A DNA stretch of 64,000 bases from Thermococcus sp. JdFR-02 (GTDB lineage Archaea; Methanobacteriota_B; Thermococci; Thermococcales; Thermococcaceae). Below the pieces are notes generated by a model that had not been told where the DNA came from, did not search any database, and saw only the letters and a program-made list of their open reading frames with translations. The position numbers were made by a program, and so were the translations under genes. The DNA lies in contig MTLP01000002.1 in assembly GCA_002009975.1 (NCBI GenBank), positions 1 to 64,000 of the forward strand, read 5' to 3'. Shown here in pieces: positions 19,485-29,009 of this stretch (position 1 is the first letter of the stretch; each line of letters opens with the position of its first letter).

Positions 19485-20750
19485 CTAAGTCCCATGCTCC
19501 CAGCTTTCTAGATATTTCTTCTGCTCTTCTGTTAATTCTTCTATATCAATGCCCATGGCTTTGAGTTTTATTCTTGCAATCATTTCATCTATCTCTCTTG
19601 GAAGGATATAAACTCTAGGCTCAAGCCTCTCATGGTTATCTTTGATATATTTAGCCGCCATAGCTTGCAAAGCAAAGCTCATGTCCATAATTTCAGCAGG
19701 ATGACCATCTGCTGCAGCTAAATTCACTAACCTTCCTTCCGCTAAGAGGTAAAGTCTCCTTCCATCTTTGAGCCTGTACTCTGTAATATGCGGTCTTGGA
19801 TTGCTTATCTCAACAGCTAAGCTCTCTAAATCTGGCTTACTAATTTCAACATCAAAATGCCCAGCATTTGCCATAATTACACCATCTTTCATAACTTCAA
19901 AGTGCTCTTTTCTAATACAGTTTATATCCCCGGTTGCAGTGATGAAAATATCTCCAATCTTTGCGGCTTCTCTCATTGGCATTACCAAAAATCCATCCAT
20001 TCTTGCCTCTAAAGCCCTAATTGAGTCAACCTCCACAACAATAACAGTTGCCCCAAGCCCTCTTGCCCTAAGTGCTATTCCCCTTCCGCACCAGCCATAG
20101 CCGACAACTACAACATTTTTACCAGCAACTAAGAGGTTTGTAGTCCTAATTATACCATCCCACGTTGATTGCCCAGTCCCATAGCGATTGTCAAAGAGAT
20201 ATTTTGTGTAAGAATCATTTACAGCTATTATTGGGAACTTTAAAACTCCATCCTTTTCCATAGCCCTAAGCCTAATTACACCCGTTGTTGTTTCCTCACT
20301 TGCCCCCCAAATGTTCTCAATTAGCTCTTGCCTTTCTCTATGAACGACGCTTACCATATCTGCACCGTCATCTATGAGGATGTTCGGTTTGATATCCAAA
20401 GCTTTGTGCATATTTTCATAGTAGGCTTCAGTATCCTCGCCTCTCCAAGCGTAAACTTTTATCCCAGCTTTTGCCAAAGCCGCAACGACGTCATCTTGAG
20501 TGCTTAATGGATTTGAGGCAGTTAAAGCAACTTCAGCTCCCCCAGCTTTTAAAGTTAAAGCTAAAAATGCTGTTTTCATCTCCAAATGCAGACATGCAGC
20601 AATCCTAACCCCTTCAAAAGGCTTTTCTTTTTCAAAATCTCTTTTAATGCTTTGAAGAACGGGCATGAAACGAGAGACCCAATCTATCTTCTTCTCTCCC
20701 TCAGGTGCCAGATTAATATCCTTCACACAATAATCTTTTGTGCAGTTCAT
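19485..20750 (-). CDS. ahcY: Adenosylhomocysteinase
   Basis: [45 protein letters not shown]...GHP. Confidence 0.98.
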   Translation of the reverse strand: MNCTKDYCVKDINLAPEGEKKIDWVSRFMPVLQSIKRDFEKEKPFEGVRIAACLHLEMKTAFLALTLKAGGAEVALTASNPLSTQDDVVAALAKAGIKVYAWRGEDTEAYYENMHKALDIKPNILIDDGADMVSVVHRERQELIENIWGASEETTTGVIRLRAMEKDGVLKFPIIAVNDSYTKYLFDNRYGTGQSTWDGIIRTTNLLVAGKNVVVVGYGWCGRGIALRARGLGATVIVVEVDSIRALEARMDGFLVMPMREAAKIGDIFITATGDINCIRKEHFEVMKDGVIMANAGHFDVEISKPDLESLAVEISNPRPHITEYRLKDGRRLYLLAEGRLVNLAAADGHPAEIMDMSFALQAMAAKYIKDNHERLEPRVYILPREIDEMIARIKLKAMGIDIEELTEEQKKYLESWEHGT

Positions 20751-20855
20751 GATATCACCAAGAGAAACTCAGAAGGAAGGTTAAAAAGGTTAGCTTTTAG
20801 GCAATTTTACTTCTTGAACTGCACCATCAGTAAAAGAACGAAATTTTATCATAGA

Positions 20856-21563
20856 CTATATTCCACCGCTTTCTCTAATCTTTCTTCTTATATTTGGGTC
20901 TCTCTCTGCTAACTCCTTCAAGAATTCTTCAAAAGCCTTCCAGTCTGGAACTTCCTCATTAAGATAAATTCCCGTTCTCCCAATTGCATCTCTCCTCGTT
21001 AAAATGTGCACCCTCTCTTTAACCAGCTCAACGCTCACTCCTAAAATCTTTGCAACCTCGCTTTCTCTGCCCACAACTTCTCTTTCAACATGTCCCTTTT
21101 CAGTTGGAATGATCAAGATAAGCTTTTTATTAACTCCCGGAACCCTTTTGTTCTTTCTAATTCCTTCAATGTCTATCATTCCACCCCATTTATAGAACTC
21201 CAGCTCCCTGTCGCTTGGATTTATAAGTGGAAAAGTTATGGTCGTTTCATCATCAATCTCTATATGTCCCTTTATTAGATGCCAAGGTGTTGCCATAACA
21301 ATTCTTCTTGCTTGGATTGGAATTCCTTCCAAAGCAAGTTCAATCAAATAGCTCGGCACCTTGAAGGGAATTACAATGTCAATGTCGCTATCTTTTCTCA
21401 CATCTCCCCTTGCAACGCTTCCATAAATATGGGGATCAAAATCGGCTAATCTTTCCATGATTGTTAAAGCCTTTTCCCTCTTTTCCTTCAAATAATACCA
21501 TCTCTTTGGAGGATAAATTACCTCTCTCTCATCCCAAACCCTAACAACCTTTTCTCTTGGCAT
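20856..21563 (-). CDS. Conserved archaeal nucleotidyltransferase domain protein
   Basis: YGSVARGDVRKDSDIDI; RVPGVNKKL; RRDAIGRTG. Confidence 0.88.
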   Translation of the reverse strand: MPREKVVRVWDEREVIYPPKRWYYLKEKREKALTIMERLADFDPHIYGSVARGDVRKDSDIDIVIPFKVPSYLIELALEGIPIQARRIVMATPWHLIKGHIEIDDETTITFPLINPSDRELEFYKWGGMIDIEGIRKNKRVPGVNKKLILIIPTEKGHVEREVVGRESEVAKILGVSVELVKERVHILTRRDAIGRTGIYLNEEVPDWKAFEEFLKELAERDPNIRRKIRESGGI

Positions 21564-21624
21564 GAAATTTAATCAATCCCAAAGCTTTTAAGTGCTTTTG
21601 CTCAACTTAGCGTAGGTGAAAGAG

Positions 21625-22044
21625 ATGACAGTCTTTGGAATAAACATAACAAAAATTAGTATTGAAAAGATTGGCGCTCAAGTAGGACAGGTTGAGGTTA
21701 ACTTAGCTCCAAAGGTAAGGGAGGTTAGATTGGGCGAGCTTAGAAGCCCAACAGGAAAAATAAATGGCATCGAGGTCCTTTTTGAGTACAACGTCACCTA
21801 CAGACCAGAGATAGCAAAGGCGCTCATTGAAGGGATGGTGTTTTACCTTCCACCACAAAAGGATAAAATCGACGAGATCCTTGAATTATGGGAAAAGGAA
21901 AAGAAAGTTGACCCATACATGTTTGCTGAAATTATAAACTCCGTAACCAACGAAATCATCCCAATTCTCATGACTTTAACCAAGGAAATGCGCATTCCAT
22001 ACCCAATCCCACTACCAAGGATCAATGTGAAAACTCAAGGATAA
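21625..22044 (+). CDS. Conserved hypothetical protein
   Basis: SD AGGTGA before ATG 21625; ends in PYPIPLPRI as in a conserved archaeal hypothetical family. Confidence 0.75.
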   Translation: MTVFGINITKISIEKIGAQVGQVEVNLAPKVREVRLGELRSPTGKINGIEVLFEYNVTYRPEIAKALIEGMVFYLPPQKDKIDEILELWEKEKKVDPYMFAEIINSVTNEIIPILMTLTKEMRIPYPIPLPRINVKTQG

Positions 22045-22175
22045 TTTTGTTTTACTATTTCTTTTGTTTAAAATCAAAAAATATATTAAGCAAAAATGTG
22101 TAACTCTGTTTGGCAAAATCTGTCCCGCTTTTCTTTTCTGCGAGATGATTTTGCCAATATAAAAGGGTGAGTAGA

Positions 22176-23885
22176 ATGGACAAACTCAAAGTTATGGGTT
22201 TGTTTTTAGTTTTTATTCTTCTTCCAGTAAATGTTCTAGTTGAGGCATCCTGCTATAGTTACCTAAAGTCGATAAGTGAAGCCAGCTGGAACCAGAACTC
22301 TATGTGTCTAGAGATAAGCCAATATTTTCCTAAGAATGTAACCTCTTTAAACTTAACAGCAACTGGTGATTGTAATGTACTTGAATTTGGCAATCCTCCT
22401 CCACGTAGATACTTTAACAGAACCTACTGCATAATAAGCCAAAGTTATGATTATATTTACACCACGGTTGAAAGTACAAATACTGTTTATAGGATTTCTC
22501 CATATGGGTTAAGTGTATTAATTGCCAAATACCAAACTGTCGAAGATGCAAAAACTTACTTTGATAGCCTAACTTCATCACTGGAACAAGCAGAGACAAA
22601 GCCCAGTTATTCAGAAGAAATAATTGATGGATATGTGTTTTATGGAGAGAGAGCTGAGCCAGATGGTGACCATTATTACTTTGTGGGCGTGTTGAGGATC
22701 TGGGAAAACTACGTGATCAGTGTTTCTATTGAAACTAACTTTAGAGGAGGTATACAAGACTATAAAGACTTTCAAAATTTTACCACAAAAGAGCAGATTT
22801 GGGAATTCGAAAAAAACATTGGAATTCGTTTTTCAACATGGGTTCTTTCGGAAATAAAGGCAAAAGGCGACATAGGTGAAAGAGATGTTTCCCAAATGTC
22901 AAACACATCATTAACAAATCAAACAACATTCACTAAAACTTCTTTAACTCAAAATACGTCACAAACTCAAATTTCCCAAAAGAAAGAGAGTGCTTTGGAT
23001 ATTTTGAGGAAAATAAACAAAATCTTCATAGACACAATTGAGAAATTTAAATCCAAAGGACAGGAAGTTGCAGATGAAAAGAGAAAAAAAGAGGGAATGA
23101 CGATTTTTAGAGAGCCACCAAAAGAAATCAAGCTTGAAAATGGAGAAGTTTTGGGAGAAGAGGTCAAGCCCAAAATAGAAGAAGTTCAGAAAAAATTGCA
23201 CGAAATCATTAAGAAAGAGGATTTAGAGAAAATTGTAGTAGAGACACCCTATGGGATGGATGTCAAAATTTTAGAACAGGATGAAAAAATCTCTGTTAAA
23301 AAAGCAGAAAGCCCAGGTTTATGGTTTAAGATGAAGTATTATATCAATAAGTATATCCTCGACAAAATTGTAGATAAGATAAGTGACAAGATACCCGGCA
23401 TCAGCTGTTATAAAGACTACGTCAAAGCAGATAAGGATACAAACCTCTTCAATAAAGATGAAGAAATTAAAAAGACCCAATTAGACCTGCATGTTGATAA
23501 GAAAGCTGCCGAAAACTACAACAAGATGAGCGGAATAGAGGATAGGGAAAAAGCACTCTCACCAGCTAAAAATACAATTCCTTCAACTCCTATGACAAAG
23601 CCTTTCGAATATGTAGTGGAAGTACTTGGCACTGCAGTTAAGAAAAGCGTTGCAAACGACTACAAAAAAGAATACGAAATAACTGAGAGAACTGCTATAA
23701 GGTACAAACGAATGGGGCTTAAATACAAGGAGATAATAACTCTCACTATTAGAGATGTTGAGGAAGAGACAGGGCACTCAAAAATGGTGCAAACGCTAAA
23801 TGCACAGTCAAAAGGCGAGTATAAAAACCAAGAAGCAAGAATAAGAGCTTATATTATACAGCTCCACGAGGAGGGAAAAATATGA
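22176..23885 (+). CDS. Secreted multidomain hypothetical protein
   Basis: Signal peptide, Cys-containing N-terminal domain, Thr/Ser/Gln linker, charged C-terminal half. Confidence 0.75.
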   Translation: MDKLKVMGLFLVFILLPVNVLVEASCYSYLKSISEASWNQNSMCLEISQYFPKNVTSLNLTATGDCNVLEFGNPPPRRYFNRTYCIISQSYDYIYTTVESTNTVYRISPYGLSVLIAKYQTVEDAKTYFDSLTSSLEQAETKPSYSEEIIDGYVFYGERAEPDGDHYYFVGVLRIWENYVISVSIETNFRGGIQDYKDFQNFTTKEQIWEFEKNIGIRFSTWVLSEIKAKGDIGERDVSQMSNTSLTNQTTFTKTSLTQNTSQTQISQKKESALDILRKINKIFIDTIEKFKSKGQEVADEKRKKEGMTIFREPPKEIKLENGEVLGEEVKPKIEEVQKKLHEIIKKEDLEKIVVETPYGMDVKILEQDEKISVKKAESPGLWFKMKYYINKYILDKIVDKISDKIPGISCYKDYVKADKDTNLFNKDEEIKKTQLDLHVDKKAAENYNKMSGIEDREKALSPAKNTIPSTPMTKPFEYVVEVLGTAVKKSVANDYKKEYEITERTAIRYKRMGLKYKEIITLTIRDVEEETGHSKMVQTLNAQSKGEYKNQEARIRAYIIQLHEEGKI

Positions 23886-24583
23886 AAGGTGTAGCTTTTC
23901 TTTTAGTAATAATCCTCCTTGGGGCAGGGGCTTACTACTTCATCGTCTTACCCAACCAGTCCACAAATGCCGACCTTGAGATGAAGGTATTTGAAGATTT
24001 AAGAGCTAAGGGACTTGAAAAAATTTACGTTGCTATAAATGACACTTCGATGCTAATTCGTTTTGAGACACCCGCAATAAATGGAAACCTCATGAACTTC
24101 ATGTACGATGTAGCCCTCGATGCCTATAAAATAGTGCCAAAAGATAACGTTAGAGTTGAGAGTTATTTCTCAGGTGAGCCCATTTTAGCCTTGAGTGTTA
24201 AGGGAAAGGATTTAACAAGCAAAAATATCGATGGACTTCATTTTGAAGATATTAGGAGACCTGAATTTAAGGTAGAAACTGATTTGGGAGTTTTTGACGT
24301 CTTGATTTACAATGTAAGCCTAAGTAGAGAAAAAGCGACTATAACTTTAGAGTATCTAGCTGACCAAGAAGGCTTTTGGAGAGATTACTTGGCTATGAAT
24401 TTAGTGGTGCTTGAAGATGTTCCTTGGGTAGATGAGATAGAATTTAACTATTTAGGAGAGGGTAACAGAACATTGACATTAACTTCAAAGAGCAACGATA
24501 TTTTAGCAGTTTATAGTGGGGAAATGACACCAGAGGAATTTTCAAAAAGAATCCAAGTTAGCCAATCTGAGAACACAAAATGA
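23882..24583 (+). CDS. Membrane-anchored hypothetical protein with internal duplication
   Basis: N-terminal TM helix; ATGA overlap with the upstream gene; two similar halves starting KVFEDL and KVETDL. Confidence 0.75.
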   Translation: MKGVAFLLVIILLGAGAYYFIVLPNQSTNADLEMKVFEDLRAKGLEKIYVAINDTSMLIRFETPAINGNLMNFMYDVALDAYKIVPKDNVRVESYFSGEPILALSVKGKDLTSKNIDGLHFEDIRRPEFKVETDLGVFDVLIYNVSLSREKATITLEYLADQEGFWRDYLAMNLVVLEDVPWVDEIEFNYLGEGNRTLTLTSKSNDILAVYSGEMTPEEFSKRIQVSQSENTK

Positions 24584-24784
24584 AATTCTGAGTGTCTAAG
24601 TAATATAAAGAAACATATAAAGCACCGAAAGACAAGAAGTGTCAAAAGCTAAGAAATGCTATTGGAATTGGCTGAACCTAGTGAAGATTAATACTTCAAG
24701 GTTTTTTGTTTTAATCTTTTTCATGATTTTGCCTTTATCGGAAACTTTATAACCTTAAACAATGACCCTCTTTTGGTGGTGACA

Positions 24785-25046
24785 ATGAGGAGGGATTTAC
24801 TTTGCCTTACCAAGCTCAGCAACGAAAGTTTTAGAAATTTTGAGTGAGAATAGAGCTCTCTCTTCTAAAGAAATCGCTTATAAAGCTGCAATGTCTGAAA
24901 GGACTGTTAGACATGCTTTAAAAATTCTCAAAGAGCATGGGCTTGTAGAGGAGATTTTCTTTCTTGGGGACATGAGAAGAAGAGGTTACAAAAGAGTGGC
25001 AAAAACATGGGAGTACAACCCCTTGATACCACAGCATTCCTTTTAG
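24785..25046 (+). pseudogene. Small winged-helix (ArsR/MarR-like) regulator with an apparent 1-nt frameshift near the 5' end
   Basis: SD GGTGGTGA and ATG 24785 give MRRDLL; one extra T (24801-24803) separates it from the frame ALPSSATKVLEILSENRALSSKEI...SERTVRHALKILKEHGLV. Confidence 0.6.
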
Positions 25047-25052
25047 TCCCCT

Positions 25053-26078
25053 TTAAACTTTAATTATTTTATATCCAGCCGCTTTTCTTAATCTATTCAT
25101 TACGGCTAACCCCAAACCTTTCTCTTCAATTCCTTCAGCGAGGATAATATCAACTCCACTCTTATCAAGCTCTCTCAGAGCTTTAAATAAATTCCTTGCA
25201 ATCTCCTCTTCACTATTCCCAAGATTAACATAAGCATCGGCTTCATAGAAGTCACCAGTAGCCATAACTCCAACCTTTATTCCTTGCTTTTTATACTCCA
25301 TTAAAAGTTCCATGATCTTTCCTTTGACTTTCTCTCTAACCCCTTCGATAACTATTACTTGGGCATTTGGTGCGTAATGCTTGTACTTCATTCCGGGAGC
25401 TTTTGCTAAATTAACCTCTTTTCCTTTTACCGCTGGATGGATCTTTATTTTTCCGATTACTCTCTCTATTTCCTCCATAGGCAAACCGCCAGGTCTTAAG
25501 AGTGTTGGTGGTTTAGTGGTTAAATCAAGAACAGTTGACTCGACTCCAATTTTAGTTTCTCCGCCATCTATTATACACTCAATTCTCCCATAAAAGTCAT
25601 CAATTACATGCTCAGCTAAGGTGGGACTTGGCTTTCCGCTTATGTTAGCAGAAGGAGCAGCTATTGGTCTCTTGCTTGCCCTAATTAAACCTAAAGCAAT
25701 TTCATGAGCGGGCATTCTTATAGCAACTGTATCTAAGCCACCGGTTGTGATTCTTGGAACATTCTCTCTTTTTGGTAAAACTACGGTTAAAGGTCCGGGC
25801 CAGAAATGCTTAGCTAAAAGTTCAACCTCTGGAGGCACTTCTCTGGCAAGTTCATGAACTTGATTAAAATCTGCTATGTGGACTATCAAAGGATTATCGG
25901 CAGGTCTTCCCTTAGCTTCAAAGATCCTCTTAACAGCTTTAGAGTCCAAAGCATTTGCTCCTAATCCATAAACTGTCTCAGTAGGGAATGCGACAAGCTT
26001 TCCTTCTCTAATAAACTTAGCAGCCACCTTTATTTTTTTCTCATCCAAACCTTCTCGCATTTTTATTATTATTGTCAC
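25053..26078 (-). CDS. sua5: L-threonylcarbamoyladenylate synthase Sua5
   Basis: VAFPTETVYGLGA, KGRPADNPLIVH, APSANISGKPSPT, APGMKYKHYAP. Confidence 0.97.
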   Translation of the reverse strand: MTIIIKMREGLDEKKIKVAAKFIREGKLVAFPTETVYGLGANALDSKAVKRIFEAKGRPADNPLIVHIADFNQVHELAREVPPEVELLAKHFWPGPLTVVLPKRENVPRITTGGLDTVAIRMPAHEIALGLIRASKRPIAAPSANISGKPSPTLAEHVIDDFYGRIECIIDGGETKIGVESTVLDLTTKPPTLLRPGGLPMEEIERVIGKIKIHPAVKGKEVNLAKAPGMKYKHYAPNAQVIVIEGVREKVKGKIMELLMEYKKQGIKVGVMATGDFYEADAYVNLGNSEEEIARNLFKALRELDKSGVDIILAEGIEEKGLGLAVMNRLRKAAGYKIIKV

Positions 26079-26138
26079 TCTCTTCCCTCCATAATTTTAT
26101 TATAACCTTGAACCATAAAAATAGAGAGGGTGCGACTC

Positions 26139-26450
26139 ATGGAGAGAGGTGTCGGGTATGCCCTCAAATACTCAGTAAATGAACTAAAAAGATTATTCCC
26201 CCATATACCTTTCCTTGAGATCAATGAACCAGAGTTCACAAGAGATAAGATAAGAGTCAAATCCCTAGAAGAATTTATGAACGCCTGTGATAGGCTAAAG
26301 CTTTTAGTTGGATACTCTCTTGACATAGAGAATGGAAAAGCAAGGTTCCTAACGACATATCAGGGCACACTTCTTGTAATTGAAATCACTGCCGAGGAAC
26401 TATACAAAGCGACGAACCGTCTTAGAGTGGAAAGACTAAAGAGAGTTTAA
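26139..26450 (+). CDS. Hypothetical protein
   Basis: About 100-aa ORF with SD GAGGGTG, divergent from sua5. Confidence 0.65.
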   Translation: MERGVGYALKYSVNELKRLFPHIPFLEINEPEFTRDKIRVKSLEEFMNACDRLKLLVGYSLDIENGKARFLTTYQGTLLVIEITAEELYKATNRLRVERLKRV

Positions 26451-27473
26451 CACATTTTTATAAACTTCTTCAACTCTTTTTGCAACCTTTTTCCATGAGT
26501 ATTTAATTGATATCAACTTTCCAGTACTTCCAAGCTTAACTGCATCTTTTGGTGTGCTTAAAATATGCTTAACCTCTTTAACAAGCTCCTCGAATGTTTC
26601 AAATGTTAACCCGTTCTTATTTTCACGAATAATCTCTTTAACTCCCCCAATTCTTCTTCCAATAGCAGGAACTTTTAAGGAGTTGGCTTCCAGAATTACC
26701 AGCCCAAAACCTTCTCGCTTTGAGGGTAGGATCAGAACCTTTGTTTTTGAAAGGATGTTTTCAATGTCCCTACGATATCCCAAAAACTTCACATTTTCAG
26801 GTGCATTTGCTTCCAATACTCTCTTTAGAGGTCCATCCCCCACAATCAAGAATTTTTCTTCTGGTAAAACTTTTGCCAGCTTTACAACTGTTTCAGGGCT
26901 TTTATAGGAAGTTAGGGAACCTATAAAGGTTATAAACTCTTTTTTTGCCTTAATCTCTCCAAGCTCTCTGATTCCGTTTGGAATTACATGAACTTCCTTA
27001 GCACCTAAGGAGAGAGCTTTTTTGCCTAGATCATGACTAACAGCGATTACCGCATTTGCTTTTATTAAGCTCTCTTTTACAAAGTATCTTCCCAATGGAA
27101 GCTTTGACATGAAATCCAGATCACTTCCATGTGCTGTAACTACCAAAGGGATGTTTTTCCTTTCTTTGGCAATTACTCCTGCATAGCTTGTGGTTCCAAT
27201 ATAGTGAGCATGAACAATATCAAAGTTAATCTCTTTACAAAGTTCTACAATTTTCCTTCCCCCGAGAAAAGCAAAGCTTACCCCTCGAATTCCAAAGATC
27301 CTGAGAGGTTTGACCTGATGAACAAACTCTCTCTCAAAATCCCTTGGCCTAACTGGACCATAAGTCAAAACATGAACTTCATGTCTCTTCCTAAGCTCCC
27401 TAACTAAATTATCGAGATGATTAGATACTCCGCCACCGTGAGGGGGATAATGACCAACCATTAGAATCTTCAT
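26436..27473 (-). CDS. Glycosyltransferase family 4
   Basis: YPPHGGG, DIVHAH, TAHGSD, PSKREGFGLVILEA. Confidence 0.93.
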   Translation of the reverse strand: MKILMVGHYPPHGGGVSNHLDNLVRELRKRHEVHVLTYGPVRPRDFEREFVHQVKPLRIFGIRGVSFAFLGGRKIVELCKEINFDIVHAHYIGTTSYAGVIAKERKNIPLVVTAHGSDLDFMSKLPLGRYFVKESLIKANAVIAVSHDLGKKALSLGAKEVHVIPNGIRELGEIKAKKEFITFIGSLTSYKSPETVVKLAKVLPEEKFLIVGDGPLKRVLEANAPENVKFLGYRRDIENILSKTKVLILPSKREGFGLVILEANSLKVPAIGRRIGGVKEIIRENKNGLTFETFEELVKEVKHILSTPKDAVKLGSTGKLISIKYSWKKVAKRVEEVYKNVLNSL

Positions 27474-27524
27474 CGTCCTCTATATTGAATAGTGAAGGAG
27501 AAATAAAAATGTTGTTAAAAGAAA

Positions 27525-28814
27525 TCAAGGTTTACCTCTTTTATCGCCATGCTTTTCTTCTGCTTCTTTCCTTTTCTCCTCAGCAGGACTAGGCAAGTGC
27601 TTTATTCTTCCTTTTTCTTCTATAAATGCTTCCCTAAGTTTTTCTTTAGCCCTTTCAATCAAATCGTGGGCTGTTTCATAATCATTTGCTTGCAGTGCTG
27701 CTTTCGCTTGTTCTAATAGATTTTTGATCTCATCAACGTCTACACCAAGCCTTTCCATTGTTTTAACTTTTATCTCAAGTCTCATTAACTCTCTTTCAAG
27801 AACAAATTTTGGCATTAGATGGAAAACATTCCTTAGCTCTTTCGTTGATAGAAAGATAACAATCTCTGCATGAGATTTTGCAGCAATTGCAAAAGCATAG
27901 GCTTTTCCATACTCCCCTTCATCATATGCTTCCTTTGCCATATCAAGCTCTTTCTTGGCAAGTTCTAGGAGTTTTTGGGCTTGAGGTATGGCTAAATCAT
28001 CAAGTGTTTGTTCTGCTAGCTCTGTTTTATTTTCCGCAAGCTCAATAACTAATCCAACTGATGAAGATCCCAAATAGAGATATCCACCACTGGCTTTTAC
28101 TCCAGTGTAGTTGCCTCTAGTAACGGCTAATCCATGCTTTATCAAGAGAGCCTCTATCTTTTTAGTATTAACTCCTAAGTACTTTGGAATCGTTCCTTCC
28201 TCATCTTTTGGTTTTGAAGAAATGATTGTAACGGATACTAGGTTCGAGCTTAATTCTTTAAGTATTTCGTCAGTTATGTCCTCAAGACCTGGAAAAGTGA
28301 ATATCCAAATTGTATCTCCATAGGTTGCGCTATACTTTTCCTTCATCCATTTTTCTTCCAATTTGAGCATTTCTATGGCTGCTATATCATTTCCATTGAC
28401 AATGTAAGCAAACTTTATTCTTTTAAAAGCATCTGGAAATTCTTCTTTCAGCTTTTTTATTACGACAAGATTTGTTTCATACCTGTTTTCCCCATACCAT
28501 CTCTCATAGGTTATGCTCAAGTCTTGTAAATCCTGCTCATACTCCTTTGGCACCGCTATTGGACCACCAATAATTATGACCTTATCTGGAGCATATTCCA
28601 TAATTTCCGCTATTACGTTTGGATCATAAACCCCCCAAGGCGTAACCGCCACGTTAATACCTATTATCTCAGCTAAGCTATTGGCAATAGCTAAATCGGC
28701 TTCATTATCGCTCACCAAAATAACCACATTCACGTTCTCCGCTCCAATAAATGGTATCCCGCTCACCAAGATCAGCATGCTAAGAATTATCGTCAACCCT
28801 ATTTTTCTTCTCAT
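27525..28814 (-). CDS. Secreted protein with cell-wall-binding-2-like N-terminal domain and coiled-coil C-terminus
   Basis: Signal peptide; LVSDNEAD, VIIIGGPIAVP, RWYGENRYETN. Confidence 0.8.
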   Translation of the reverse strand: MRRKIGLTIILSMLILVSGIPFIGAENVNVVILVSDNEADLAIANSLAEIIGINVAVTPWGVYDPNVIAEIMEYAPDKVIIIGGPIAVPKEYEQDLQDLSITYERWYGENRYETNLVVIKKLKEEFPDAFKRIKFAYIVNGNDIAAIEMLKLEEKWMKEKYSATYGDTIWIFTFPGLEDITDEILKELSSNLVSVTIISSKPKDEEGTIPKYLGVNTKKIEALLIKHGLAVTRGNYTGVKASGGYLYLGSSSVGLVIELAENKTELAEQTLDDLAIPQAQKLLELAKKELDMAKEAYDEGEYGKAYAFAIAAKSHAEIVIFLSTKELRNVFHLMPKFVLERELMRLEIKVKTMERLGVDVDEIKNLLEQAKAALQANDYETAHDLIERAKEKLREAFIEEKGRIKHLPSPAEEKRKEAEEKHGDKRGKP

Positions 28815-29009
28815 CCTCAGTCCCCTCGATTACTTTTACAAATAAAGTAATATTTAAGCTTTTTTCATGAAATCGTTTGCTTGGATCTGTGATTGTTTAC
28901 GGAAAAGTTTTGAGATTCGCCAGTTTATCGCTAATAGTTAAAAAATGTTTAAAACTGTTTATCTGTGTTTATTCATACCCAAAAGGTAATTATAGGTGTG
29001 TTTAGGAGA

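Noticed and set aside
20856-21563. Nucleotidyltransferase as MNT antitoxin or CBASS cyclase
   Set aside because: Matches a conserved archaeal family; no HEPN or effector gene is adjacent.
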